Source of the DNA: Phycisphaerae bacterium
Lineage (GTDB): Bacteria > Planctomycetota > Phycisphaerae > UBA1845 > Fen-1342
DNA length: 64,000 nucleotides
Assembly (NCBI GenBank): GCA_963675745.2
Contig: CAXXWX010000004.1
Coordinates: 52,964-116,963, forward strand
Direction: 5' to 3'
The notes under the pieces are model-generated. The model saw nothing but the letters and a program-made list of their open reading frames with translations. It was not told where the DNA came from and did not search any database. This document shows positions 29,025 through 39,660 of this stretch, piece by piece (position 1 is the stretch's first letter; each line of letters opens with the position of its first letter). A program made the position numbers and the translations under genes.

Positions 29025-30536
29025 ATGGCAACCTGGCGACTGGTACTCGTGACCTGCCTCATCACCGTTTTCCATGTTGGATGCACCCCGACCGAGCAGA
29101 TCCCCGTCACACTGGATGACGACGCACAGACGCAGACCTCAAGGGATGCGGCGTCTCCCGAAGATGGGGCGGGCGGCACGGCTCCGGCGGACGATTCCGC
29201 GTCGGAGGGAGACCTTGCCGACGGGAACGGTGGCGGCGAAACATCTGACCTGCCGACGCCACAACAGCCGGTACCCGAGCAGCCGGCGTCCCCATCTGAT
29301 CCCAGCGGTGGCGGACAGACTCCGGAAGACCCGGCGGCGGGGGGTGACGATCCGCCGCCATCAACACCCGACCCGGTGGAGCCGCAGCCGCCGATCGTTG
29401 ACCCGCCGGCGGATGATCCGCCAGCAGATGATCCACCTGCTGATGATCCGCCCGCAGATGATCCACCTGCTGATGACCCACCTGCTGATGATCCGCCTGC
29501 GGATGACCCACCCGCGGACGATCCACCCGCTGACGACCCGCCTGCGGATGACCCTCCCGCTGATGACCCACCCGCTGACGACCCGCCTGCTGATGACCCT
29601 CCCGCGGATGATCCCCCTGCGGACGATCCGCCGCCGCAAGATCCGCTGGCCGACCCGGTCGTGCTGGCACCGCTGTTGTTTGGTGGGGGCAGCTTTGTCA
29701 CCGGCATGGCGGACCACTACGTCGAGTTCCTGGTCGATACCGTCTTCGCAGCCAGCGCTCATAATGGCGGCGTGGTTACGCTCCACGGGACGCTCACGCA
29801 GTCGGCGGACCAGCAGTGGTCATATGACCCCGACCCGCCCGATCGCTTGGTTTCTGTGTTCTTCGGCGGACAACCGATCGAGTTTCAGATCACGCAGTTT
29901 GACGGGGACACCCAATCCGGCGCTTCGAGCGTGGCTTGGGGGCAGCACACGCTTCAGTTCAACGTCTTCCACGCCGGCGAGTGCGATCTCTATATCGATA
30001 GTGTTGCCACGCCGACTGTGCAGTACACGTCGAGTTGGCAGCGCCACATCACCGGAGAGGCGGTCATGGGCGACCATGTCCTGGACGTCGATCTGATGTA
30101 CACGGGAGAACGCTATTGGGAGATCGTCGGCGTGTATGAAGATCGCTCCGACGAGGGGGATGCCAGCGGTACGATACAGATTGGCGATGCCCTGATCACC
30201 GTTGCCGACGCTTACTTCAAGCGTCACTATCTCAGCGGGATCACGGTCCTGGAGTTCTTCAGCATCGGCACGCACAGCTCGGCCCAGGTCGACGGCCTCA
30301 CGTATGTGTATGACCGGAACGGGGAAAACGCCGGCGTGCGATGGGAGCTGGACGCGATGGCCGGCACCGTTTACGACTTTGAGTATTGGATTTGCGACGG
30401 CGGGCTCTTTCTCGATGACCAGTTGCTGGGCAATATCGAGTTCACCGGGCCGGTGGCGCCGTACACGAAGGGCCCCGACCTCGAACTACAATTCACGAAC
30501 GGCCAAACCGCGCTGCTGCACACTTTGCTTCAGTAG
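29025..30536 (+). CDS. Lipoprotein with acidic proline-rich stalk and beta-rich C-terminal domain
   Basis: Signal peptide ending HVGC; (DPPAD)15 tract; acidic beta-strand-rich C-terminus. Confidence 0.8.
   Translation: MATWRLVLVTCLITVFHVGCTPTEQIPVTLDDDAQTQTSRDAASPEDGAGGTAPADDSASEGDLADGNGGGETSDLPTPQQPVPEQPASPSDPSGGGQTPEDPAAGGDDPPPSTPDPVEPQPPIVDPPADDPPADDPPADDPPADDPPADDPPADDPPADDPPADDPPADDPPADDPPADDPPADDPPADDPPADDPPADDPPPQDPLADPVVLAPLLFGGGSFVTGMADHYVEFLVDTVFAASAHNGGVVTLHGTLTQSADQQWSYDPDPPDRLVSVFFGGQPIEFQITQFDGDTQSGASSVAWGQHTLQFNVFHAGECDLYIDSVATPTVQYTSSWQRHITGEAVMGDHVLDVDLMYTGERYWEIVGVYEDRSDEGDASGTIQIGDALITVADAYFKRHYLSGITVLEFFSIGTHSSAQVDGLTYVYDRNGENAGVRWELDAMAGTVYDFEYWICDGGLFLDDQLLGNIEFTGPVAPYTKGPDLELQFTNGQTALLHTLLQ
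29400..29639 (+). repeat. Coding 15-bp tandem repeat, 15 x DPPAD plus DPPPQ
   Basis: GAY-CCN-CCN-GCN-GAY units with synonymous variation between units. Confidence 0.95.
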
Positions 30537-30575
30537 AACGCGGTGAGACGCGTTAAGCCAAGCGCGAGCACGATG

Positions 30576-30623
30576 AAGGTGTCAGGAAAATCTTCCTGAC
30601 ACCTTTTTCTGACACCTTTTTCT
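30576..30623. repeat. Palindrome with stuttered arm (possible bidirectional terminator / REP end)
   Basis: AAGGTGTCAGGAA-aatc-TTCCTGACACCTTTTT followed by a second CTGACACCTTTTT; lies between convergent genes. Confidence 0.6.
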
Positions 30624-30628
30624 GTGTG

Positions 30629-31393
30629 TTACGGCGCCTTCGGCCGGATGTCGCCGTGCTCGGCGGCGATGCCTGAGCGTTCGGCGATGAACTCGGCCAC
30701 GGTCTTCAGCCTCTCGTTCTTGATGGCGTTGTCGCTGCCCAACATCTCCAGCGCCGGCCCCGACCCGAACGTCACCCGCACGTTCGGCCGCATGAGGACT
30801 CCGATCGGCGCCACAAGCCGCTCGTAGACGCCGATGTGCCTGACGTCCGCGTAATCCTGCTCGCACACGGCGACGAGCCCGGCTTTGAACCTGATGCCGC
30901 TGTCGTCAACGATCGTGCCGTTGTTCCAGGCATAGAACGACATCAGCATCCCCAGCGTCCCCAGGAACACGACCACGATCAGAAACGCCCGCTGCTCGTC
31001 AAACCCGTTCTTCGTGGCTTCGTATCGGTCGTGCAGTTCGACGTCGCCTTCCATCCACCAGGTGACAAATGCCCGCACGGGCGCGTAGCTGACGATAAAC
31101 GCAAACACCAGGCCCGCGCCGAACCACGGTACGGCACTCCGGTCGCTGTAGAAGGGTTGGCAGTCGCGGCCATGGACGCTCAAGTCCAGCGCATTCAGCA
31201 GCCAGGTGAGCAAGACGGTCGAAGCTCCGACGGACATGAGCGTGACGCACACGCCATATCTGTCCAGGCGTCTGATCCGCGGCGCAAGCGCCGCCATCTC
31301 TTCGTCGGACAGCAGCCGCGACTCGTCAACCGGTGCCAGCCGCCTCAGCAGCGCCTTCCCGATCGTCTGCTCGAACTGCCCCATTTGGTGCAT
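30629..31393 (-). CDS. Hypothetical membrane protein (about 3 TM helices)
   Basis: 254-aa ORF with three hydrophobic segments; start uncertain. Confidence 0.65.
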   Translation of the reverse strand: MHQMGQFEQTIGKALLRRLAPVDESRLLSDEEMAALAPRIRRLDRYGVCVTLMSVGASTVLLTWLLNALDLSVHGRDCQPFYSDRSAVPWFGAGLVFAFIVSYAPVRAFVTWWMEGDVELHDRYEATKNGFDEQRAFLIVVVFLGTLGMLMSFYAWNNGTIVDDSGIRFKAGLVAVCEQDYADVRHIGVYERLVAPIGVLMRPNVRVTFGSGPALEMLGSDNAIKNERLKTVAEFIAERSGIAAEHGDIRPKAP

Positions 31394-31450
31394 CCCGAAT
31401 CGCGTGAGTTGGAGCCTGTGCTCAGCCTCTCAGTCTACCGCGGCGCGGCA

Positions 31451-31556
31451 GGTCTCGCTGCGCTTGACCTACGCTACGGCTGAGCTCCCTTGGTTGAAGA
31501 ACATGCCGACGCGAACAGACGTCGGCATGGCACCCGATGCCGTCGGCATGGCACCC
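31451..31556. repeat. REP-like cluster (GTAG-family unit plus CATGCCGACG..CGTCGGCATGGCACCC hairpin with duplicated arm)
   Basis: 31451-31477 matches 17709-17735; GTCGGCATGGCACCC occurs twice. Confidence 0.6.
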
Positions 31557-31652
31557 AATGCACGGTTGCCCTCGGTCGACGAGTACGTGGGCCGCTACGG
31601 TGGGGGGCTGCCATTGCATCCAGCGGTGGAGCGCTGATCAGGCATCGCCTGG

Positions 31653-32543
31653 TTACTCGGGGGACTCAGGTCCGGGGCCCAACTCCCGTGGCGTGGTTGG
31701 TTGGGTGATCGCCGGGCGGCCGTGTTTGGGCATGTCTTTGGTGGGCACGATCGTCAGGAACTCGGGACGCAGGATGCCGCCTGACATGATTGTGCGCACC
31801 GCGTCTTCAACACTCCAATCCAGTTCGACCAGTTCCGCGCGCCGGAGGATTTGCAGATAGCCGGTGGTCGGGTTGGGTGTGGTCGGGATGAAAACCGTGG
31901 CGAGCTCTTCGCCGGTAACCGAGTCTTTGAAAATAGCCGTGATGAAGCCGACGCAGCGCATGCGCTCCTGGGGGAAGGGGATCAGGGCCACACGCTGGAA
32001 ATTCTGCGTCTGATCGCCGCCGAACGACGCCACGATCTGCTTGATCGCGCGATAGATGGTCTTGACCATTGGCACGCGGTCCACCGCGGAGTCGATGGTC
32101 TCGACGATGCGCTTGCCGAGCAAGTTCGCGGTGAACAGTCCGATGGTGTACAGCACGATGAAGGTGAGCACGACCGAGAACGTCGCGATACCCCACTGCA
32201 AGTACCACGGCATGAGGTTCAGAAAGACGTCGCCGCCGGTCGGCATGCCGAGCCCTTCGCGTGCCTGCGTGATCTCGTCGAGTTTCTCGAGGTCGATGTC
32301 CCAGCGCTCGAGCACGGTGCGGCCGCTTGGCGTCAATAGGTACCACTCGATGAGGCGTTGCGATGATCCGCGAATGAGCCCGAACACAAGCTGGATCACC
32401 CAGATTGTCACGATGACCGGCAGGACCGTAATCAACCCGGCCGAAATCCGCGTGCGCAGCAGCGCCTTGAGCGTACCCAGCACGGTACGTCGTCGATGAG
32501 CCGATTGGCCGGGCTCTTTACTATCCTGCGCCGTCATGGGCAT
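31653..32543 (-). CDS. DUF502 family membrane protein
   Basis: AGLITVLPVIVT, RVPMVKTIY, VFIPTTPNPTTGYL, SVEDAVRTIMSGG. Confidence 0.9.
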   Translation of the reverse strand: MPMTAQDSKEPGQSAHRRRTVLGTLKALLRTRISAGLITVLPVIVTIWVIQLVFGLIRGSSQRLIEWYLLTPSGRTVLERWDIDLEKLDEITQAREGLGMPTGGDVFLNLMPWYLQWGIATFSVVLTFIVLYTIGLFTANLLGKRIVETIDSAVDRVPMVKTIYRAIKQIVASFGGDQTQNFQRVALIPFPQERMRCVGFITAIFKDSVTGEELATVFIPTTPNPTTGYLQILRRAELVELDWSVEDAVRTIMSGGILRPEFLTIVPTKDMPKHGRPAITQPTTPRELGPGPESPE

Positions 32544-32765
32544 CGCCCTTTGTGTTGGTTCAGTGCAACCACCGACCGACACGATATCGCGTCGGCGCAA
32601 GCGGGCAAGTGTTTCGTCCAATCGCCGCGCGGAGCCGGCCTCGACAAGGCACCGCTCGACCGGCTACGCTGTCCGGGTCCCAGCCGACGGTGGTGCGGCC
32701 ATACCGGACATCTCCTATGGCCGCGGAGCCGGCGAGTCAACATCTCACTGCTGGAGTATACGGTC

Positions 32766-34211
32766 ATGATCAGAACCAAGATTATCGCGACCCTCGGGCC
32801 GGCCTCGGCCAACCGCGAACGCCTGTGCGAGATGCTGGACGTGGGGCTGGACATATGCCGGCTGAACTTCAGCCACGGCACTCACGCGAGCCATGCCGCC
32901 ACGCTCGAGTTGGTGCGCACGGTTGCCACCGAACGCAACAAGCCAGTCTGCGTGATAGGCGATCTGTGCGGGCCGAAGATTCGGCTGGGGTCGTTTGCCG
33001 ATGGGGCGGTCATGATCGAAGCCGGCCAGACCGTGCGTTTCGTGCGCGGCGACGCCGCATGTACCGCCGAACGGCTCACCGTGTCGTGGCCCAGTCTGAT
33101 CGACGAACTTGCCGAAGGCCAGCGGGTTTACATCGACGACGGGCTGGTGCGCCTGCTGGTGACCGGGAGCGCGGCTGATGAAGTTGTGTGTACGTGTACT
33201 ACCGGCGGCGCGCTGTCCAGTCACAAGGGGGTCAACCTCCCCGACACGACGCTCTCGACGCCGGCGCTGACCGAGAAAGACCGCATCGACCTGGCGTGGG
33301 CGATCGATCACGAGCTCGACTACGTGGCCCTGTCATTCGTGCGCCATCCGGAGGACCTCTACGAGCTCAAGCGACTGATCAAGGCGCGCGGCAGCGACAT
33401 CAAGGTTGTCATCAAGATCGAGAAAACGCAGGCGCTCGATCACCTCGACGAGCTTATCGCGAACACCGATGCCGTCCTCGTGGCGCGCGGCGATCTCGGC
33501 GTGGAAACAGATATCTGGCGTGTGCCGCTCATTCAGAAAGACCTGATATCGCGCTGCCGGGATGCCGGCGTGCCGGTGATCGTGGCCACGCAGATGCTCC
33601 AGAGCATGGTCGATAGCCCAATACCGACGCGGGCCGAGGTAAGCGACGTTGCCAACGCGATATTCGACCGAGCGGATGCCGTCATGCTCTCGGCGGAATC
33701 CGCCGTCGGCAAATACCCCGGCCTGGCGGTCGATATGATGAATCGCATCGCCGATACGACCGAATCATACCTCGCCACGCTGCCGCCGGTGGACCGACCG
33801 TGCGGCGTTGGCGGATTTACGCGGCCGACTCTGGCGGTGGCGCATGCGGCGGTGCGTGCCGCGCTTGACTTGAACGTGCGTCTGGTCGCGGTCTGGACTG
33901 CGACGGGCGCCACCGTGCGCCAGATCGCACAGCACCGACTGCCGATGCCGGTGGTTGGCTTGGCGTATGACGAACACGTGTTGCGGCAGATGAACCTGCT
34001 GTATGGCGTGATTCCGGTGCGGGTCGAACCGGTTGACCATCCACGCCAGATGGCGGCGGCGCTGGAGGCGCGCCTGCTGGACGAGAGCGACGGCAAGGTC
34101 AGCCGATTGGCGGCCGAAGGTGACCTGGTCATCGTTGTGACATCGACTCGCACGCACGCTCCCGGCGGAACCGATACCGTGCTTGTGCATCGTGTCGGCG
34201 CCGGTACGTGA
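32766..34211 (+). CDS. pyk: Pyruvate kinase
   Basis: RTKIIATLGPAS, RLNFSHG, GPKIR, KGVNLP, KIEK, VARGDLGVE, ATQMLQSM, PTRAEVSDVANA. Confidence 0.96.
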   Translation: MIRTKIIATLGPASANRERLCEMLDVGLDICRLNFSHGTHASHAATLELVRTVATERNKPVCVIGDLCGPKIRLGSFADGAVMIEAGQTVRFVRGDAACTAERLTVSWPSLIDELAEGQRVYIDDGLVRLLVTGSAADEVVCTCTTGGALSSHKGVNLPDTTLSTPALTEKDRIDLAWAIDHELDYVALSFVRHPEDLYELKRLIKARGSDIKVVIKIEKTQALDHLDELIANTDAVLVARGDLGVETDIWRVPLIQKDLISRCRDAGVPVIVATQMLQSMVDSPIPTRAEVSDVANAIFDRADAVMLSAESAVGKYPGLAVDMMNRIADTTESYLATLPPVDRPCGVGGFTRPTLAVAHAAVRAALDLNVRLVAVWTATGATVRQIAQHRLPMPVVGLAYDEHVLRQMNLLYGVIPVRVEPVDHPRQMAAALEARLLDESDGKVSRLAAEGDLVIVVTSTRTHAPGGTDTVLVHRVGAGT

Positions 34212-34391
34212 TATGCCGCGGGCTTAAGCGCACTTGAACGCGCGCAGCAGGCCGACTAGACTGCCACGCGTCTGTCATAGTCAAGATGTATGCCTTCAGG
34301 CGTGCGCGGGCAGACGAATAATGTGTTGATGAACCTGGGCACGCCGTGCCCATCTGGTCTTCGTTGTGGAAGGGAGATTCCCGTGCGGTTG

Positions 34392-34622
34392 ATGAAGCAA
34401 TACCTGCGGCTTAAAAAGTCCGCCATTCTCGCGGTGATGGGTGTGGCTTTTGCCTTTCCGTTCGGCAGTTGCAACTTCGATGAGTTCACGGTGACCACGG
34501 CCGTTGATCCCGCCGGCCTGTTGGCATCTGTGTTCCGCACGGCGATTCTGACGCCGATCGACGAATTCGTGACGAACGGGATCAACAATCTCTTCGACGA
34601 ACTCAAGGGCGAAGGCGATTAG
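34392..34622 (+). CDS. Small putative lipoprotein
   Basis: MKQYLRLKKSAILAVMGVAFAFPFGSC..; GGGAG upstream (alternative GTG start at 34383). Confidence 0.55.
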   Translation: MKQYLRLKKSAILAVMGVAFAFPFGSCNFDEFTVTTAVDPAGLLASVFRTAILTPIDEFVTNGINNLFDELKGEGD

Positions 34623-34720
34623 GCCACGCACCGATCATGGCGCGGCCGGTGCCGTTGGCGCGGTACAGTCGCCGGTGCGACCAGCGCTGGGCATTCCTGC
34701 CCCCGAGTGGAGAATTACGC

Positions 34721-35797
34721 GTGAAAACTAGGCGATTGCTGCTTGCGGTTGTGTTGGTCGGTGTGGTTGCCGCGTGCGGCTGGGCGGATGTTGTGACTTT
34801 GTCTGACGGGAGCCGCCTGGTTGGTGTGTTCGGGCGCCTCGATGGCGACAAGCTTATCATCGAGACACTGTTCGCCGGCACACTCGAGATCGATGCCACG
34901 CATGTCGTGAGAATCGAGACCGAGGGCCCGAAATTTGTGGAGATGTCCAGTGGTGATCGGCTTGTCGGGCGCATCGAATGGCAACCGGCCGCGGACACGG
35001 CGGTTGTTCAGACCGAAATGGGTGGCGTCCCCATCAAGGTGGACAACGTCGTAGCTGTCTGGGGGCCCGACGACAAGAGTCCGGAGCAGATGCGCCACGA
35101 AGCCGAGATGGAAGCCAAGCGCCCCCGGTGGGCGTTCGAGGCGGAGATCGGCGCCACCAAGAAGACCGGCAACACCGAGACCATGGACTTTCACGGCCGG
35201 CTCGAACTTCGCCGCAAGACCGACAAGGATCTGCTGAAGTTCTTCGTAACCGGGGTCTACGGAGAAGAGGATGACCTGCGCAACACGGCCGAAGTCATCG
35301 GTGGCGCGGAGTACGAATATCTCTTCACGGACCGGGCGTTCGCCTACGCCCGCAACACGTACGAATACGACGAGTTTGAGAATATTCAGTTGCGCGTCGT
35401 CCTGGCCGCCGGCGGCGGGTATTACTTCATCAAAGAGGAAGATCACGAACTGAAGGTCCGTGGCGGCGGCGGTCTGCGACACGAGAGCTATCTGGAAGAC
35501 GCCAACGGCAATACGGCGCCCAGCCAGACCGATCCCATCGCCGACCTCGGGCTTAACTACCGCCTGGACATCAAACCCTGGCTGCGCTTTACACACTCGA
35601 CCGGGTATACCCCGTCACTCGAGGAGTTCGGCGACTACCGGCTGGAGTTTGACACGGCGTTTGTCGTGCCCCTCGGAGCGGACGACAGGTGGAAGTGGAA
35701 GCTGGGCGTGCGCAACGACTATGACTCGCGGCCGGCGCCGGGCATCGAGCGCCTCGATACGCTGTACTACACGAACGTCCAGGTGACGCTGGAATAA
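34721..35797 (+). CDS. DUF481/YdiY-like outer-membrane beta-barrel protein
   Basis: Signal peptide, N-terminal DVVTLSDGSRLVG domain, TGNTET, GGGYYF, alternating beta strands. Confidence 0.8.
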   Translation: MKTRRLLLAVVLVGVVAACGWADVVTLSDGSRLVGVFGRLDGDKLIIETLFAGTLEIDATHVVRIETEGPKFVEMSSGDRLVGRIEWQPAADTAVVQTEMGGVPIKVDNVVAVWGPDDKSPEQMRHEAEMEAKRPRWAFEAEIGATKKTGNTETMDFHGRLELRRKTDKDLLKFFVTGVYGEEDDLRNTAEVIGGAEYEYLFTDRAFAYARNTYEYDEFENIQLRVVLAAGGGYYFIKEEDHELKVRGGGGLRHESYLEDANGNTAPSQTDPIADLGLNYRLDIKPWLRFTHSTGYTPSLEEFGDYRLEFDTAFVVPLGADDRWKWKLGVRNDYDSRPAPGIERLDTLYYTNVQVTLE

Positions 35798-35861
35798 CGC
35801 CGCTTATGAGAAGCTGGGGGAGGTTGTCCGCTACCGGCGTGGGATCAGCCAGGGGCCATCA

Positions 35862-37577
35862 TCATTGAGCACGATCTGATGACCGGGGACGGCGCCTGCC
35901 GGCCCGGAGCGTTTGTCGCACGGCTGACGCCATGCGCAAACCAACCTGCTCTTCCTCGTCGACGACCACCTGCGCGCCGGCGACAGTCAACTCCCAACGG
36001 TACACGTGATAGCGCGCCCGCGCGATGATGGGTGTCTGTGGCGAGCTCGCGTGAACCTGCTCTATAACGTGGCGTGCCGCCGTAGGGTCGGGCAGTGTCA
36101 CGGCGACGGCGCGAGCGGCGTCGATGTGGAGGTGTTCCAGAGTCTCTGTGCGAGTCGCGTCGCCTTGATACGTCCGCAAGCCATAAGCGCGCGCGACAGC
36201 GCTGGACTTGGCGCTCAACTCGACCACGACCAACAGTGATTTGTGTCGTCCCATCAGCGCCTCGGCGATGCGGCGGCCGGCGGGACCGAAGCCCACGATC
36301 AAGATATGGCCGCGCAGCGCGGCCGCTGCCCCGGGGGCGCTTTTCTCACAGCGCCCCTGTGCCTCCAGCGCGCGCGGCAGGTATCGTCCCACAATGCCCG
36401 CGAGTTGCGGCGCCAGCGCGACCATATAGGGAGTCAGAAAGAGCGTGCCGATTGTCGCAGCCACGATCAACTCGAACAGATCACCATCGACCACTTGACC
36501 TTCCCGGGCGACTTCGGCGAGCACGAATGAGAACTCGCCCGCTTGCGCCAAGCAGACACCTGTGGCGATGGAGTGCCCGGGCGACGAGCGAAACATGCTC
36601 ACAACACCGGCGATGACCAACGTTTTGCCGAAGACGATCATCACGACCACACCGACGACCAACACCCAGTGATCCATGATCCAGGCAGGGTTGGCCAGCA
36701 TTCCGATTGAACTGAAGAACAGCGTGACGAACAGCGTCTTGACGGAAGCTATGTCGGCGCGAATCTGGGTGGCGAATGGTGATTCGGCCAGCAGCAGACC
36801 CGCTATGAATGCACCCAACGCCGGCGAGAGCCCCAGTTTGTGAGATGCCCATGCCGCCCCGACCGCGGTAACGATTGCGAGCAGGATCGGCAGATCGCGA
36901 TTCCGCGCGGCTTGTTCAGAGCTCAGCAGCAGCGGCACGACGTAATTCAGCAACAGAAACAGTGCAGCCACCATCAGCGCCGTAACGCCGGCCGCGCGGC
37001 CCAGCTCCCACCCAATCTGGCCCGCCGAACTGGGGCCGTCACCACCCAGGGCCGTTACGACAAACACGAGCGGCACGACGGCAATATCCTGGAGCAACAG
37101 AATGCCGAGCGTATTACGGCCATGAATGCTGTCAATTTCCGCGCGGCTGATGAGCAATCGCAATACACAGGCGGTACTGCTCAGCGCAACCATCGCCCCG
37201 ATCGCCAATGCCGGCCGATTGCCGAGTCCGAGCGCCAGACAGACCGCCGCGGTCAGGCCGCCGGTCAGCAGCACCTGGAGAGTTCCGCCCCCCACGGCGA
37301 TCGGCCCGATGCCGCTCAGCCGGCGCCAGGAGAATTCAAGTCCGATCGCAAACAGCAGCAACGCCACCCCCAGTTCGGCGATTGCGGTCACCGCCTGGTG
37401 ATTCGGCATCAAATCCAACGCGTTGGGGCCCAGCAGCGTGCCGGCGAGCAGATAGCCGAGAATGGCACTCTGTCGCAGCCGTTCGCACAGCGCGCCGAGC
37501 AACATTGCCGTCAGCAGCAGGATCAAAACATCCAGCAGCGCCGTCCACACATCCACGGGTTTCTCCGCCAGCGCCAA
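35862..37577 (-). CDS. CPA2 (Kef-type) cation:proton antiporter with TrkA-N domain
   Basis: AELGVALLLFAIGLEFS, ALSSTA, LLLQDIAVVP, LGAFIAG, LAQAGEFSFVL, IVGFGPAG, GDAT. Confidence 0.92.
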   Translation of the reverse strand: MALAEKPVDVWTALLDVLILLLTAMLLGALCERLRQSAILGYLLAGTLLGPNALDLMPNHQAVTAIAELGVALLLFAIGLEFSWRRLSGIGPIAVGGGTLQVLLTGGLTAAVCLALGLGNRPALAIGAMVALSSTACVLRLLISRAEIDSIHGRNTLGILLLQDIAVVPLVFVVTALGGDGPSSAGQIGWELGRAAGVTALMVAALFLLLNYVVPLLLSSEQAARNRDLPILLAIVTAVGAAWASHKLGLSPALGAFIAGLLLAESPFATQIRADIASVKTLFVTLFFSSIGMLANPAWIMDHWVLVVGVVVMIVFGKTLVIAGVVSMFRSSPGHSIATGVCLAQAGEFSFVLAEVAREGQVVDGDLFELIVAATIGTLFLTPYMVALAPQLAGIVGRYLPRALEAQGRCEKSAPGAAAALRGHILIVGFGPAGRRIAEALMGRHKSLLVVVELSAKSSAVARAYGLRTYQGDATRTETLEHLHIDAARAVAVTLPDPTAARHVIEQVHASSPQTPIIARARYHVYRWELTVAGAQVVVDEEEQVGLRMASAVRQTLRAGRRRPRSSDRAQ

Positions 37578-37636
37578 CCCCAGGGTACGGTATCAGCACG
37601 CGGCGTGATTGGCACGCAGCGCCGCTCGTGTCGTCG

Positions 37637-37936
37637 CTAATAGCTGATCTCGAATCGTTCCTCGGCGGCGCGGGGTGCCAGATCGCAGCCGGCGACCTGC
37701 TGGATGTGTGCGTTGAAGTGCTTCGCGACTAAGGCCAGAAAGGCCGTCACGGCGTCTCGCTCGCCTTCCGCCTCGAGCTCTACCGTCCCGTCCGGCAGAT
37801 TCCGCACAAACCCGACAATGGGATGATCCTGCGCCAGCGCCCGCGTCGTGTAGCGAAAACCGACACCCTGCACACGACCGGTGTAGATCATCCGGCGGCG
37901 TACGATTTCTGGTTGTTCGGTGCTACCCGCGCTCAT
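37637..37936 (-). CDS. acyP: Acylphosphatase
   Basis: [21 protein letters not shown]. Confidence 0.92.
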   Translation of the reverse strand: MSAGSTEQPEIVRRRMIYTGRVQGVGFRYTTRALAQDHPIVGFVRNLPDGTVELEAEGERDAVTAFLALVAKHFNAHIQQVAGCDLAPRAAEERFEISY

Positions 37937-37991
37937 GTGAGCTCCCGTATCACACAACGGCATCCGCCGGACGTGCCGGCCGGGGCGGCGG

Positions 37992-39653
37992 TTAATCCTC
38001 GATCGCGGCGATGTGTTCGAGCAGACGTTGCATCCGTGCCAGTGTGCGCGCCTGGCCCAGCAGCTCCAGACTCTCGAAGATCGACGGACTCACGGTTGTC
38101 CCGGTTACAGCGATTCGCAACGGCTGGGCGACTTTGCCCAGACCTAGGTCGTGCTGGTCCGCATAGGCGCGGATCACGGATTCCAACTCTGCGGCACTCC
38201 ACACGCCGACGCGCTCCAATTCGCCGCGCAGCGCCTCCAGTATGCGCACGCCGGCGCGCTCTCCTTTGAGCAGCCATTTCCTGACCGCCGGCGCGTCATA
38301 CTCGATTTCCTGGTCAGCGCGGAAGAGCGCGCCGGCTTTGAACTCGGCATCGCTGAAGGTGCGCAGCCCGGCGCAGAGTTCGAGCACGCGCGCAAGCTGC
38401 TGATCGCCGAGCGCGGCGAAGGGTGAACCCGCGTTGACGTCGGCGTAGTCGCGAAACGCCGCCAGCAAGTGTTCGGCATCGGCCGCGGCCAGCGCCGACG
38501 TGTTGAAGCTGAGCAGCTTCTCGCGATCGAACTTCGCATTGGTTTTGCCGATTCGCTCGACGGTGAACGCTTCGCACAATTGGTCAAGCGTGAATGTCTC
38601 GCGATCATCTCCGGGCGACCAGCCCAGCAGAGCGATGAAGTTCAGAATCACCTCGGGGAGATAGCCGCTGACGCGGAAATCGTGGATCTCGATCTCCGGC
38701 AGTGTGACGCCGAGGTCGGCGGCCAGGGCCGCCAGGCCATCCTTGTCGAGCTGTGTTTTCTTCTTGCGCCAGGCCCGGAGCGCGTCGTCGTCCGCACACC
38801 CTGACAGCTCCAGCAAGCGCCCTTCATCCAGCGTTCCATTTTTCAAGGCGACGTTGACGGCGTCGCGCACGGCCTTGTCTTTTTCCCGCTTGCTCATCTT
38901 CGCGCCTTGCATCGTCAGGATGATCGGCAGGTGGGCATAAGCCGGGGTCGGATACTGGAGGGCTTCCTGCAGTGCCATGTGGTTGGCTGTGTTGAGCAGA
39001 TGCTCCTGGCCGCGAAGTACGTGCGTAATCCGCATGGCCGCATCGTCGAGCACGACGGCGAAATGATAGGTCGGCCAGCCGTCGGCTTTCACGATCACGA
39101 AGTCGCTTAATTCCGCCGCGTGTACCTCCACGTCGCCAAGTATCTGATCGTGGATGATCCAGTCGCGATCGGGCATTTTGAACCGTACGGCCACTGGGCG
39201 GCCGTCGGCGCGCGCCTGTCGCGCCTCTGATTCCGAGGGAAACCGTTGCGGCCTGGGATAGCGAAAGCCGCGCGCGCCGTCCTTCTGGGCCGCCTGCCGC
39301 ATGGCGTCAAGCTCTTCGCGCGTCTCCATGGCGTAGTATGCCCGGCCGCTATCCAGCAGCGTGCGCGCCTGCTGGTCATACGATTCGCGGCGCTCGCTCT
39401 GGCGGTATGGTCCGAAGTCTCCGCCGACCTCCGGGCCTTCGTCCCACTGCAACCCGAGCCAGCGCAAGTCGTCGAGCAGCTTCTGATCGGCCGCGTCGAT
39501 GTTGCGTGTCTGGTCGGTGTCCTCGATCCGCAGGACGAATTTGCCGCCGGCTCGTTTCGCCAGCAGGTAGTTGAACAGCGCCGTGCGGGCTCCGCCGATG
39601 TGCAGGTAGCCGGTTGGCGATGGTGCAAAGCGTGTTCGGACGATATCGCTCAT
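37992..39653 (-). CDS. gltX: Glutamyl-tRNA synthetase
   Basis: [50 protein letters not shown]. Confidence 0.96.
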   Translation of the reverse strand: MSDIVRTRFAPSPTGYLHIGGARTALFNYLLAKRAGGKFVLRIEDTDQTRNIDAADQKLLDDLRWLGLQWDEGPEVGGDFGPYRQSERRESYDQQARTLLDSGRAYYAMETREELDAMRQAAQKDGARGFRYPRPQRFPSESEARQARADGRPVAVRFKMPDRDWIIHDQILGDVEVHAAELSDFVIVKADGWPTYHFAVVLDDAAMRITHVLRGQEHLLNTANHMALQEALQYPTPAYAHLPIILTMQGAKMSKREKDKAVRDAVNVALKNGTLDEGRLLELSGCADDDALRAWRKKKTQLDKDGLAALAADLGVTLPEIEIHDFRVSGYLPEVILNFIALLGWSPGDDRETFTLDQLCEAFTVERIGKTNAKFDREKLLSFNTSALAAADAEHLLAAFRDYADVNAGSPFAALGDQQLARVLELCAGLRTFSDAEFKAGALFRADQEIEYDAPAVRKWLLKGERAGVRILEALRGELERVGVWSAAELESVIRAYADQHDLGLGKVAQPLRIAVTGTTVSPSIFESLELLGQARTLARMQRLLEHIAAIED

Positions 39654-39660
39654 GCTCTCC

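Noticed and set aside
29400..29639. Tandem repeat as CRISPR array, or the (GGSSA)n antisense ORF
   Set aside because: No unique spacers; variation falls at third codon positions of the plus-strand DPPAD frame.
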